Positions 22,643 through 33,775 of a stretch of DNA of 64,000 nt are shown here, piece after piece. Origin of the DNA: Eledone cirrhosa (taxonomy: Eukaryota); contig OZ024747.1 in assembly GCA_964016885.1 (NCBI GenBank), forward strand, positions 34,410,001-34,474,000, read 5' to 3'. A model generated the notes under the pieces. It worked only from the letters and a program-made list of their open reading frames with translations. It searched no databases and had not been told where the DNA came from. Both the position numbers and the translations under genes were made by a program. Each line of letters opens with the position of its first letter. Position 1 is the stretch's first letter.

Positions 22643-23445
22643 CCATCGTTGCCATTTTGTTCAACACTGACAAAGGAAGGATGAACTAGTTTCTAGCTTA
22701 TTAGCTGTCATCAACACCGTTTATCTTTCTGTCAGTTGATTGAACGTTTGCATGTATATACATTCCTTATGCATATTAACGGCTGAGTAGCCTAATTTGC
22801 ATATATAGTGCGTTAGTCGGCTGTGCGATGTGAGTTAGTAGGCAACGATGGTTGCCGAACACTGTACGCTTAATAATTCGGGCTGTTTGTTTACAAACAA
22901 ACCGAGCATTATAATAAACGTTCGGTAAACCATACGTACATATATATATGTGTGCATGTATGTATGTATATACATACTACTGTACGTCTGTATACATATA
23001 TGTATGTAAGTATACATACTTATATTTGAGTATCAGCCGTACTAAGAGTGAGAAATGAAATTTCATTTTTTTTCATTTATCGTATTCGGTACGCCCAGCC
23101 GACTAACTCACTCAATATGCAAATTAGGCTACTCAGCCGTTAATATGCATAAGGAAAGTATATACTTTCAAACGTTCAATCAACTGACAGGAAGGTATAT
23201 GTGCTGATGACAGCTAATAAGCTAGAAACTAGTTCATCGTTCTTTTGTTGGTGTTGAACAAAATTGCAACGATGGTTGCCGAACACTGTACGGCTAATAA
23301 TTCGGGTTGTTTGTTTACAAACAAACCTACCATTATAATAAAGGTTCGGTAAACCCATATGTACATATATATATGTGTGCATGAATGTATGTATATACAT
23401 ACTACTGTACGTCTGTATACATATATGTATGTACGTATACATCCT
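22643..23445. repeat. Composite inverted + direct duplication (A' B ... A B)
   Basis: 22643-22825 is the reverse complement of ~23092-23275; 22841-23020 is directly repeated at ~23265-23445. Confidence 0.85.
23201..23237 (+). ncRNA. Hammerhead-like motif (short stem I; possibly degenerate)
   Basis: GTG-CTGATGA-CAGCT(AATA)AGCTA-GAAA-CTAG-TT^CAT with palindromic stem III. An inverted partner lies at ~22680-22717. Confidence 0.5.
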
Positions 23446-23468
23446 TTTATATATATATATATATATAT

Positions 23469-23660
23469 ATGTAATCTGAGTTTTTCGAATATTAATAACA
23501 TTCGATTCGTTTGCAATTATGCAAACAAGCCTCAATTTTATAGCCATGTCAGTAGAATGAAGTGTTCATTCTACTGACATGGTTATACATTTGAGGCTTG
23601 TTTGCATAATTGCAAAATAATCGAATGTTAATATTAATATTCGAAAAACTCAGATTACAT
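23469..23660. repeat. Near-perfect palindrome, ~93-bp arms, 3-nt loop
   Basis: ...CATGTCAGTAGAATGAA-GTG-TTCATTCTACTGACATG..., extending to ATGTAATCTGAG/CTCAGATTACAT. Confidence 0.92.
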
Positions 23661-23701
23661 TTATTGTATTCAGCCATGTAGAGCGAAATTTTCTTTATAT
23701 A

Positions 23702-23747
<46 letters not shown>

Positions 23748-23751
<4 letters not shown>

Positions 23752-24890
23752 TAGCAGTGTATCCCGGCGTTGCACGGATAAGAACATTGGTAATAGCACC
23801 TCCAATGAGAAACGTTTATTTGTGAGTGCCTATTAAAAACTCACGAAAATATAGCGACAGGAAACTTGTTTTATTTGGAGAAAATTAAGGAGTTGAAAGT
23901 ACAATTTAGCTGTCTACGTGCATTGTTGAGTCCCTTCTTTTCATACTCCTCTGTTTTGGCCTATTGGAATAAATGTGAAAGAGAAAGTCACAGGTTAAGT
24001 TATCAGAAGGGTCCAGTGCAATAGCAGTAAGGTGTAGGCTATTTACCTCAAACATTTCATTCGCACACTTTTGATTAAGTTACTCTTTCTGTCTATCCCT
24101 GTCGGTGCAGTCCCTTGCGAATTTCTCGCATAGGCCAGTTGCTAAATTTGCAACTAATCCATCTGCCCGATGCAAATGTCCGCCTTCTACGGCTTTTGGG
24201 CGAGGGAGTGGCCAGCAGTACGTTGTTCGGTATTATCACGAAAAGGTGTAGCAGAGAATCCCACGTGAACTAACAGCTCGGGAGGAAACTGCTTACCTCA
24301 AAGATTCATTTGCCATCGTTCTTGTCAATGCGCCGTGTGTTGGTATTTGTTTGTCTACAGTTAGATGAATGGCGCACAAAGGATTAATGTTTATTGGCAA
24401 GAATTGGCAACTGGGCTGGCTTGCCTCGCTTATATTATATATTAAAATAACAGATTAAAGTTTAAGCAAAGAATCGCTGCTTTCATTCTTAACGGGATCT
24501 TCTGAAACTAAAAAAAAACAATCTATGAACGCAGAAGTAAATATTTCGAAAAACGTTGCAACCGAAGGAAAACAGGAAGATTATACTTTGGTTCATGAAG
24601 ACGTTCCCTGGCAATGAACGGAAAATAGCGAACATAATATGTCATCAATGTTTGTCAGAATGTCGTAATGCAGACAGCCAGACATACAGGCATATAAGGG
24701 CGCGACGGAGATCGATAACCAGCGCCTAACACCCCTTTAACAATAGAAAATTGAAAAATAAAACATTCAGTTAATTTCTTTAGACCACATGGAATATATA
24801 AATGCAAGTTTGAAGTCAATGGAGTAGAAATGTGGAATTGTATAGACTTTGAAAAAATGAGGACACACACAGAGACAACTACAGTGTTAT
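23748..24890 (+). mobile_element. Possible non-autonomous Helitron-like (Lep1/HINE-type) element between (TA)n tracts
   Basis: Starts ACTAGCAGTGTATCCCGGCGTTGCACGG and ends AAGTTTGAAGTCAAT...ACACACACAGAGACA...TATATA. Resembles termini of such elements from memory; no coding evidence. Confidence 0.4.
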
Positions 24891-24924
24891 ATATATATAT
24901 ATATATATATGAAGGAAACATAGT

Positions 24925-25680
24925 GCTGTGTTGTTACATGATAAAGTTTATTTAAACATAAAAGAAAAACGCAAGTGGGAGACAAACCCTTCTTCAGTTG
25001 TCTGCTGGAGATTTCAACGCATTAAAGACAATATATCTAACTCGAGTGTGTTAATAAATTGTGCGAGTTATTATGGGGAAAATGGAGAGAGAAACAAATT
25101 AACCAGAAAGGAAAAAAATTAAATTAAACGCATACCGAAAAAGAGGGGAACAGGAGAAACACATGTAACCGGGAGAGAGCGGAGAGGAGAAGTAAAAAAA
25201 CAGCTACCGAACATACGTCCGAGGCTTTTGTTGACGGTGAATTAGGGAGAGCGAAGAAAAATAATTCTGATCTTGGCAAGAGTAGGCGAAAAGATGCAGA
25301 GACGAGAGAGAACGGAAGTATTAGGGGAACAGAGAGAAGGAGAGTAAATGTGAGAGGGAGAAAGAGAAAGGGAGAAAGAAAGGTAAAGAGATAATAGCAA
25401 CTAAGTAAATTGAGAGAAATAGGGAGCTGTGTGGTTACTTGATAAAGTGTATTTTAAAATAAGAGCAAAGCACAAGCGGGGGAAATACCTTCTTCAGCTG
25501 TCTGCTGGAGATGACGCACATTTCAATGCATTAAAGATATTTCTAAGTCTTGTACGTCAATAACTCGTGGACGTTATTGGGGAGAAAAGGAGAGGGAAAA
25601 AAAGAAAAAAAAAAGCAGACAACATATCGAAAAATAGGGGAACGCGAGAAACACATGTATGTATATAAGTAACCAGGGGG
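24925..25680. repeat. Diverged direct repeat (~250 bp x2) with GA-rich spacer
   Basis: CCTTCTTCAG(T/C)TGTCTGCTGGAGAT and GAGAAACACATGTA are shared by ~24925-25175 and ~25427-25680. Confidence 0.75.
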
Positions 25681-25768
25681 GAGAGAGAGAGATGGGAGAA
25701 CGAGAGAAAAAGAGAGAAAGAAAGAAAGGGATATATATTTTTTTCAGTAGATATATATATGTATATAT

Positions 25769-26150
25769 ATTATAAAATAACAGGAGGCTGGACTGGTGTA
25801 ATTCCTTAAAGGTTTATTATACCATGAACATTTCAATGACCGGGTTCAGCATGAATCCGGTGACATCATCAGGTATTCGAAATTTAACAAAGGAATATAA
25901 TCCATGGGGCTGAAATGGCAGAGAGACAAGAAGGCGGCCACACATTTAGCAGTTTCTAGTTCGGTCGGCCGAATGTGTGGTCGCCTTCTTGTCTCTCTGC
26001 CGTTTAGGCCCCATGGATTATATTCCTTTGTTAAATTTCGAATACCTGTTGATGTCACCGGATTCTTACTAAACCCGGTCATTGAAATGATCATAGTATA
26101 ATAAACCTGTAAGGAATTACACCAGTCCAGCCTCTTGTTATTTTATAATA
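25769..26150. repeat. Palindrome, ~180-bp arms, ~24-nt spacer, hammerhead-like motif in each arm
   Basis: 25769-25947 is the reverse complement of 25972-26150 with scattered mismatches. Confidence 0.92.
26042..26099 (+). ncRNA. Degenerate hammerhead motif
   Basis: ATAC-CTGTTGA-...ACCGG/CCGGT...-GAAA-T-GATC-A-TA^GTAT. The opposite arm has the canonical CTGATGA but a mutated cleavage triplet. Confidence 0.55.
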
Positions 26151-26796
26151 ATTAACTCCGTACTCGCACCACTAACTACACAAACGAAGACGGATGAGTT
26201 GCATTACGTCGAGTACTCTCCCTAATATTACATCCAGGTTGACCATACGGAATGACGATTTCTATCCTGTGGAGAACCAACAAACCTAAATTAGTATATA
26301 TATATATATATATATATATATAAGTGGAAGCTTAGTAAAATCGAAACTTTGGCTGTGGCCAAACGAACGACCTACAATTAAGAATGAGCAGCAAAGCACT
26401 CAATAAGGTAGTAGGCCTTAGAGTAATAACATACGTTTAGACATATTGACAAACTGAAAATTACGGTAGGTAAAACTACCCACACAATACCAAAACAACG
26501 AAAAAACTAATCAGGTTAGACAAAATCGAACGATATTTTGCAATACGTCTGATATGTTTCTATGAAATGCGAAATCATCAATCCAACTTACGTAATATGC
26601 AAGTTTGTGGTATTCAATGATCGAACAGAGGATTCAAGTCATCAACAGGTATTTCATTCAATGCCTCAAGCTGGTGTGGAGTGCAATGCCGAACTGCTAC
26701 AAAAGGAAGCATTTAGTGTTTCGTTGTCACGTGTTCCAGCAAGGAGAGAACCTTGGATGTTTGGCGGGCAAATATATATATATATATACACACATA

Positions 26797-26853
<57 letters not shown>

Positions 26854-26998
26854 CCAAAGCTTAATATGGTTCGTTGATTACTCAATGAATACACATTTAC
26901 AATAGATTAAAAGCACTCAACAGTTAGGTTTTCTTGGAGTTTTTAATATTATTCAAAATATTAACAAATGAAAGAGATTCACCTAATCAAAATATATG

Positions 26999-27061
26999 CT
27001 TTATTATATATATTTCAAAGGTACTGTGTTTTTCTTTTCAGTACGTCTTCATCAGATAAAA
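26999..27061 (-). ncRNA. Minimal type-I hammerhead ribozyme motif (left inner arm)
   Basis: Minus: TTTTAT-CTGATGA-AGACGTACTG(loop)CAGTACCTTT-GAAA-T-ATAT-A-TA^ATAAAG. Confidence 0.72.
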
Positions 27062-27202
27062 TATATGATTTTATATATGACATACCGCTCCCGTCTTGAT
27101 TATATAATTCCAGTATTGGCAGTCATTTTGTAATTCCAGTATTGTCAATACTGGAATTGTATAATCAAGACCAGAGCGGTATGTCATATATAAAATCATA
27201 TA

Positions 27203-27264
27203 TTTTATCTGATGAAGACGTACTGAAAAAAACCCACAGTACCTTTGAAATATATATAATAAAG
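27203..27264 (+). ncRNA. Minimal type-I hammerhead ribozyme motif (right inner arm)
   Basis: TTTTAT-CTGATGA-AGACGTACTG(loop)CAGTACCTTT-GAAA-T-ATAT-A-TA^ATAAAG. Intact core and palindromic stem-III loop. Confidence 0.75.
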
Positions 27265-27410
27265 CATATATTGTGATTAGGTGAATATCTTTCATTTGTT
27301 AATATTTTGAATACTATTAAAAACTCCAGGAAAACTTCACTGTTGAGTGCTTTTAATCTATTGTAAATGTGTATTCATTGAGTAATCAACGAACCATATT
27401 AAGATGTGGT

Positions 27411-27449
<39 letters not shown>

Positions 27450-27693
27450 GCCCGCCAAACATCCAAGGTTACTCCCCTTGCTGGAACACGTGACAGCGAA
27501 ACACTAAATGCTCCCTTATGTAGCAGTTCGGCGTTGCACTCCACACCGGCTTGAGGCCTTGAACGAAATACCTGTTGATGTCATGAATCCTCTGTTCGAT
27601 CATTGAATACCACAAACTTGCATATTACGTAAGTTGGATTGATGATTTCGCATTTCATAGAAACATATCGGACGTATTGCAACATATCGTTCG

Positions 27694-27731
<38 letters not shown>

Positions 27732-28729
27732 GGTATCCAATGTAGTTGTGGGGTCTATTCTACATGAAGAACTCGCTGTAATCCATATGTTGAAAATGTT
27801 GTAGGTTAAGACAAATCTCAGAAACCAATAAAACATTAAAAGGAAAAGAAAGTCATGATATAAGTTAAAACAATGAAATAAAAAATCAAGTCATTAGAGA
27901 TATACTTAACTGCTTTAAGATCGTTTCTAGATGGTGATAATACATTATATCTATACTCAGTAATTGATCTATGTAAGTTTACAAACTATCAGATAGAGAG
28001 AATGTTTACTTACATGCATATCACCAGCTGTTTTCAAAAGCAATAATAACTTTATTCAATAATAATTTTACTCCTAATTAGTAGCATGTTAGTAACATGT
28101 CCTTATTTGGAGGTAGTTGAAGAACTAACGAATCAAATTGTTTTTTTTTCATTTGGTGTTAAGATGAAAAGTAATACACTTTAGTTGAGGTCATGACCTT
28201 TGAAAGGAATGGTTGAAGGATGTTAGTAGAGATGGCCTAACAATCTATTAGGAAGGAAGGGGATTGTCAGACTGATAGTTGAATGTATCTGGTATAGTGA
28301 ATTTAAAAGGAATGTCAAAATAAATGGTGATTAGTGTTGTATTGGGATTTAAGGTGTATAGAAATTAATGTTATGGCTACGAAAGATAGTATATTAAGAG
28401 AAGAAAATTATAATAAGATAATGATATATAGTAATACGATAATATACAACTTAACCAACACAATATAGTACGGTGTGGTAAATTGCATTTAGTATAATAT
28501 AGCATATGATACGCTCTAACATATTATTAAGTATGTTTATGTATTAACAATCAAACTCAGAAAAATACATGTTGGTATAGATGAAACACATACATTTCTT
28601 AGTCTACAAAGTGCATATATCCACACTATATATAGAGATAGGTACAGTTATATTGATATCCAACCAAAAATATATATACGTACAAATAGATGCAAACCTA
28701 AATACACATCCACACGTATGCATATAATC

Positions 28730-28886
28730 ATATATATACACATATATATGCATATCTATAACTACACATACACATCCATACCCCATATATACATATACAT
28801 ATATACATATATATACATATATATACATATAAATAATATATATATACATATATATACATATATATAATATATATACATATATATAC

Positions 28887-28947
<61 letters not shown>

Positions 28948-29285
28948 CATACACATATATATATATACAACACACATATATATATATACACATGTCTGAG
29001 TATATGTACACTCCTCCTACATGTGTACATACTCATATATAAACATTCATACACCTATACTCACATATCCACACACACAAACACACACACACATATATAC
29101 ATATATATATATATACATATATATACATCTATATATATATATATATACATATATATACACATATACATACATACACATACACACATACATATACAAGCAT
29201 ATACATATATACATATATACACACACATACATATATATATACACAAATATACACACATATAAATATATTCCTATATCATACATAG
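28730..29285. repeat. Compound (TA)n/(TACA)n/(CA)n low-complexity tract
   Basis: Visible. Confidence 0.95.
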
Positions 29286-29499
29286 ATGTATAATTTTACT
29301 CATGCACTTACGGGTGGTTGTGTATCTTGTTGCCTTTAGTCATTAACGCATAAATCTAAGGAAGCTAAAAGGCAAAAATAAGCATGAAAGCATGTAATTA
29401 GGGGAAATAGGTACTAATAAATATTACTCTATACGGAATTATAGTGAGTTGCTATTTAGAATATGTAATTAGGTTTATAGAATTTAATTAGGTTTATAC

Positions 29500-29855
29500 T
29501 ATTTAAATGTTTTTCGTATACGGTGATTACAGACTATAATAAATTGCTGTCTTTTATTTATTAAATCGTCCTTAGATTTAGTAATTTCCAAGATCTCTCC
29601 TGAACATAATCCGCATTCTTTCCTGTTTCCAAGATATGGAGTTTTTTGTAGAATGGTGTTCCATGATAACTTGAAATCTATTTTTTCTTTCTATAATTAT
29701 TTACCGCTTCAGCTAAAGATGTGGTGTTTGCTAGTTTAGTATTGTTGAAACTACCAGAGTGTGCTTAAAATCTGTTCTTAAATGTGTTTGATGTAGATCT
29801 TATATATGTTTTGTTGGAGTCTGTAGTAGACACAGTGCATTTATGTATAACGAAG
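29500..29855 (-). pseudogene. Penelope-like element GIY-YIG endonuclease remnant (Neptune-like)
   Basis: My translation across breaks: VIHKCTVSTTDSNKTYIRSTSNTFKNRF*AHSGSFNNTKLANTTSLA...FKLSWNTILQKTPY..NRKECGLC..E...NKRQ...CNH. This matches the PLE GIY-YIG/C-terminal pattern. Confidence 0.7.
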
Positions 29856-29991
29856 GAATTGTGGTTACGAACCAGATGGACCATAACGCACCAGAGTACT
29901 CAATACTTAGGGTAGTAGAGTTGGACTAAATATTTTAGTCCAAAAATAGCCGTCGAAACGGCTTGAGCTCTGCCGTCTGGGTCATACCTTT

Positions 29992-29992
<1 letters not shown>

Positions 29993-30076
<84 letters not shown>
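29993..30076. repeat. (TA)n microsatellite
   Basis: Visible. Confidence 0.97.
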
Positions 30077-30719
30077 AGAACAATGGAGTGCTGCGTGGTT
30101 GCACATGGGTTACATATGAATAAAATTAGTCCTTCATCAGTGATCTTCCAACCTTCATTGGTATTTCATCGCTTTAAAAATCATATACCTCTGGTTGGTG
30201 CGAGCAATAACTATATAAAGTTATTGGAACAAGTAATATAGGGTGAAACGAGCGAGACATGTAAACACACACAGATGGTATTGCAACGGAAAGATAGGAA
30301 GAGACAAGTACATGACATTCTGTAAGCTTAAACCTGCTGAATTCATGGACGAGAGATACAGACCACCTGACATGAGTGAGAATAGGATTTCACACAGCAA
30401 GAATAGGATTTCACACAGGCCAAACGGGAGGAAGTAAGAGATGGGCAGAAGCAGAGAGTGAGTGAGCGGAAGTGTGAGGAAGAGGCCAGCCGAGAGAGAG
30501 GGAGTGTGACTGGCAGAGGGGCTAAAAAGAAGGTGAGAGATACAGAGAGAGGGGAAGCAGTAAGAAAGAAACAGACAATCGCAGCTGAGGAAAAAATATA
30601 AATATAAGAAAAGTGGAGTGCTGCGTGGTTGCACATAGCTTACATATGAATAGAATTAGTCCTTCATCAGTGATCTTCCAACTTTCATTGGTATTTCATC
30701 GCTTTAAAAATCATATACC
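30071..30719. repeat. Direct repeat of ~118 bp (30071-30189 and ~30602-30719) around a GA-rich spacer
   Basis: TGGAGTGCTGCGTGGTTGCACAT...TTAGTCCTTCATCAGTGATCTTCCAAC...AAAAATCATATACC occurs twice. Confidence 0.88.
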
Positions 30720-30726
30720 AATAAGT

Positions 30727-31296
30727 ATATATCAATGATATTAATAAATGGAAACTATATTTATGAAACCATATCTATTCTATTATATATAATTGAAGGG
30801 TACCAACACCTTGTTACGCTCTCATCAGATAAAATACAAAGATTGTTTTATAAATATTGACATAACCAGGAATGAGACCTTAAGGGTTCAAGTTCACCTG
30901 GATAGTAAAGGGAAAGAGAGAAAAAGAGAAAAAAGGGAAGAGAGGAAAAAATAAATATTTGAAATTATTTTGATGAATATGCAAATGAGGTTGAGGCGTA
31001 GGGCTGAAATAAACGTTGTTTTCAGACGCTAGGTAGATTTAAATAATTATTAGGATATATATATATATATATATATATACAGGAAGAAGAAAGAAAGAAA
31101 AGCTTGTATTTATATTACTACGATGTACATGAATTTTAAATTCACGTACAACGTAGTAATATGTCAATATTTATAAAACAAACTTTGTATTTTATCTGAT
31201 GAGAGCGTACCAAAGTTTTGGTACCCTTCAAATATATATAATAGAATAAATATGGTTTTATAAATATAGTTTCCATTTATTAATATCATTGATATT
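30727..31296. repeat. Inverted repeat pair (~135-bp arms) of the same family as 22230-22415 and 26851-27412
   Basis: 30727-30864 is the reverse complement of ~31160-31296. It carries a hammerhead-like motif (31190-31246) with CAAA in place of GAAA, and an extra hairpin at 31112-31162. Confidence 0.85.
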
Positions 31297-31401
31297 ATAC
31301 TCCATAACATTCTGCTGGGTACTTCGAATCTGTTATAAATATATTTGTTGAATTACCGATAAATTAAATATCCCTTTGCTTATAAAACAATATATATATA
31401 T

Positions 31402-32965
31402 ATTAGGTGGGTTCCAAACACAACCATTTTTAAGGAACCTTAATTCCATGGTATGTTTCAAATAGTATTTCAAATAAAATATAAGAGAATTAGGGTTATG
31501 TGAACCCCTATACCCCATAATTTTTTATATTAATCATATAATATCTAACACATATATACTAAATTGTTTATGGATATGAAACATTTGATCATATTTCACT
31601 GTAGAAACCTTGTTTAAAACATCTGATGAGTAAATATAGAACAGCATTGAGATATAAGGCAAATGGTAGGTAGGTACACCGCCAACATGGTAAAATTACA
31701 ACTTTTAAATATGTGTTAAATGGATTTTCTTTTAGAAAATGTATACAATTGTTGAATGGTTTTCTTTTGTTTCTCAGATTATTTCAGAGCTAAATGTTAT
31801 TATAATTTTACAAAAATACCTATATAAATTTTAACTGTAATAATTTAACTATACAAAATTATATAATGGCAACTAGAAGTAAAAGCCGTAATTCAGCATT
31901 TGGATTTCCTACAGCAATGACCCCATCAAAGACTGATGCATTTCGACATTATTTATACATAAGAAAACGTGGAGAACGATAAAAAAAAACTTCACACACA
32001 CCTGATTGTTGTTACAGATGTGCAAACAATATGGGACACAATTTCGTTTCCGTAGTTTGAGGGAATAGTCTAAAAATTGAGAGATTGATTGAATCTGCTT
32101 ATAAATTAAACATAATACCTATCAGCAAAGGGGAGATAGTTTTAATAAGAAATTAGAGTTCCATGAAATGTTTGATATATACACCTGCACGTGTTATCAC
32201 AAACAAATAAAAAGATCTGACTGTAGGTGTGACATAAGAATACCAATTATGGAATGAGAATCATTTGTTGGACAGAGGAAAAGATTTAATTAATTAGGGC
32301 CTGTAGATAGAGAAGTAACGCCAGGTAGAAAAATAACCGCAGAAAGAGCCGAAAGGTTTGAAAACAGGAAGGCAAAGATGCGCTTAGACATTTGATCATA
32401 TTTCACTGTAGAAACCTAGTTTAAAACATCTGATGAGTAAAGATAGCAACGACATTGAGATATAAGGCATTGCTTCAACTAGTTATCAGTGCCTAAGTGA
32501 TATTAATGGAGGCAGTTGTGACTCGTGTGACAATGATGATGATGACATCGACTTTGTTCCTGACAGTGAACTGAGAGAAAACCAACTATACAGATTTACT
32601 TATGAGAATCTAACCATCACAGCAGATAGATATCGGATAAGTTGCAGAGTTGCTGCTGCTATTGTTAATGAAGTTTTGAAAGATATAGGAATTTTAACTG
32701 ATACAAATATGCTAGATAAGAAAAACGTTGAAAGAGAAATAAAAAGAATTGGAAAAAACAATATTATAAAAATGAAAACAGAAAATACAAAGCTCGACTG
32801 CATCTGTTTTGATGGCAGAAAGGATAAAACTAAAACAGCAAGAGGGATGGAAAGTACAGAGCACTATGTTATTGTGAAAGAGCCTGGTGATGAGTATTTA
32901 GATCACGTTTCCCAGATAAGGGAACAGCTCGTTACATTGCAGAAGAAATTATTACTTTTTTAATT
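31402..32965 (+). mobile_element. Decayed DNA transposon, transposase remnant (tentatively hAT/hATm-like)
   Basis: MATRSKSRNSAFGFP at 31866; ADRYRISCRVAAAIVNEVLKDIG...CFDGRKDKT...EHYVIVKEPGDEYLDHV (32600-32910). Possible terminus TTAGGTGGGTTCC; no matching right TIR found. Confidence 0.55.
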
Positions 32966-33419
32966 GATTCTGACATTCATTTTTACACCACTCAATTCAG
33001 ATGTAGCGCTCCATTTGCAAATTAAACTTAAAATCTTGAAATGCACATACATCAATTAAAATTCTGTCAAAAGAAATATTACACATATTTCTCTGGAACC
33101 AGACTGGGAATTAAGTTTAAAATAGTACAAAGGATTAATATAGAAGACAATGCATCTTCAAAAGTGAAATACATGCACTTTTGAAAATTTTAAAAAATTT
33201 CCCGACTAAAAATATTCACATATATTTGAAACAATATCTATTTCAATTAATCCGGTACATACTGATCGACAACAATCACAACTTCCAAACTCCTTGAAGA
33301 ACAAACTAAAAATATGTAAATAATCTGTCCACGCAATCAGATAAATACATATGACTTCACGAAAGAAATGTTCACTAATACCATGCATTTTTATCTCACC
33401 GTATTACTAACGCATATCC

Positions 33420-33547
33420 CACCGAGGATAGCTTTGCCTTTCATCCTTACGGAGTCAATGAAATAATTAATGGTCACGTTCTGGGATCGATGTAATTGAC
33501 TTGCTCCAAATTGTTGGCCATGTGCCTAAATTAGAAACCATTATTAA
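33420..33547 (+). mobile_element. Degenerate SINE 3' fragment
   Basis: CTTTGCCTTTCATCCTT...GGCCATGTGCCTAAATTAGAAACCATTATTA, similar to 46325-46508 and 54791-54885. Confidence 0.7.
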
Positions 33548-33664
33548 CGCATAAAAAATCAACATCACCTTAGATTTCATTAACTACCTAAGGCGATTGC
33601 ATCTACCTTCAATATAGTAGATTGACTGTAATAATAAATCACTCATAAGTACTTACTGAAAGTG

Positions 33665-33775
33665 AATAGCGTAGGGATTAGGGAATTGGATTCGCAAAGT
33701 TCAGGTTGCGAGTTCAATTACCCGACAGGGTGGTGCGTTATACCCTTTAGCAAGACATTTTCTTGCTCTTTTTGC
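33665..33775 (+). mobile_element. Degenerate tRNA-derived SINE head
   Basis: B-box-like GGTTGCGAGTTCAATTACC followed by CCCTTTAGCAAGACATTT. Confidence 0.45.

Larger units (their letters stand above)
26522..27698. repeat. ~1.18-kb nested palindrome with internal (TA)n tracts
   Basis: Outer arms 26522-26775 / 27445-27698 and inner arms ~26851-27118 / ~27146-27412 are reverse complements with scattered differences. Confidence 0.92.

Noticed and set aside
27730-28420. Possible Penelope ORF N-terminal or RT remnant
   Set aside because: No motif I could read with confidence.
28604-29293. Many YIYI/CVCV-rich ORFs (also near 21.5, 23, 26.6, 30, 35.5 and 63.3 kb)
   Set aside because: Translations of (TA)n/(TG)n microsatellites.
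31621-31640. CTGATGAG in the transposon duplicate as a hammerhead
   Set aside because: No stem II or correctly placed downstream GAAA.
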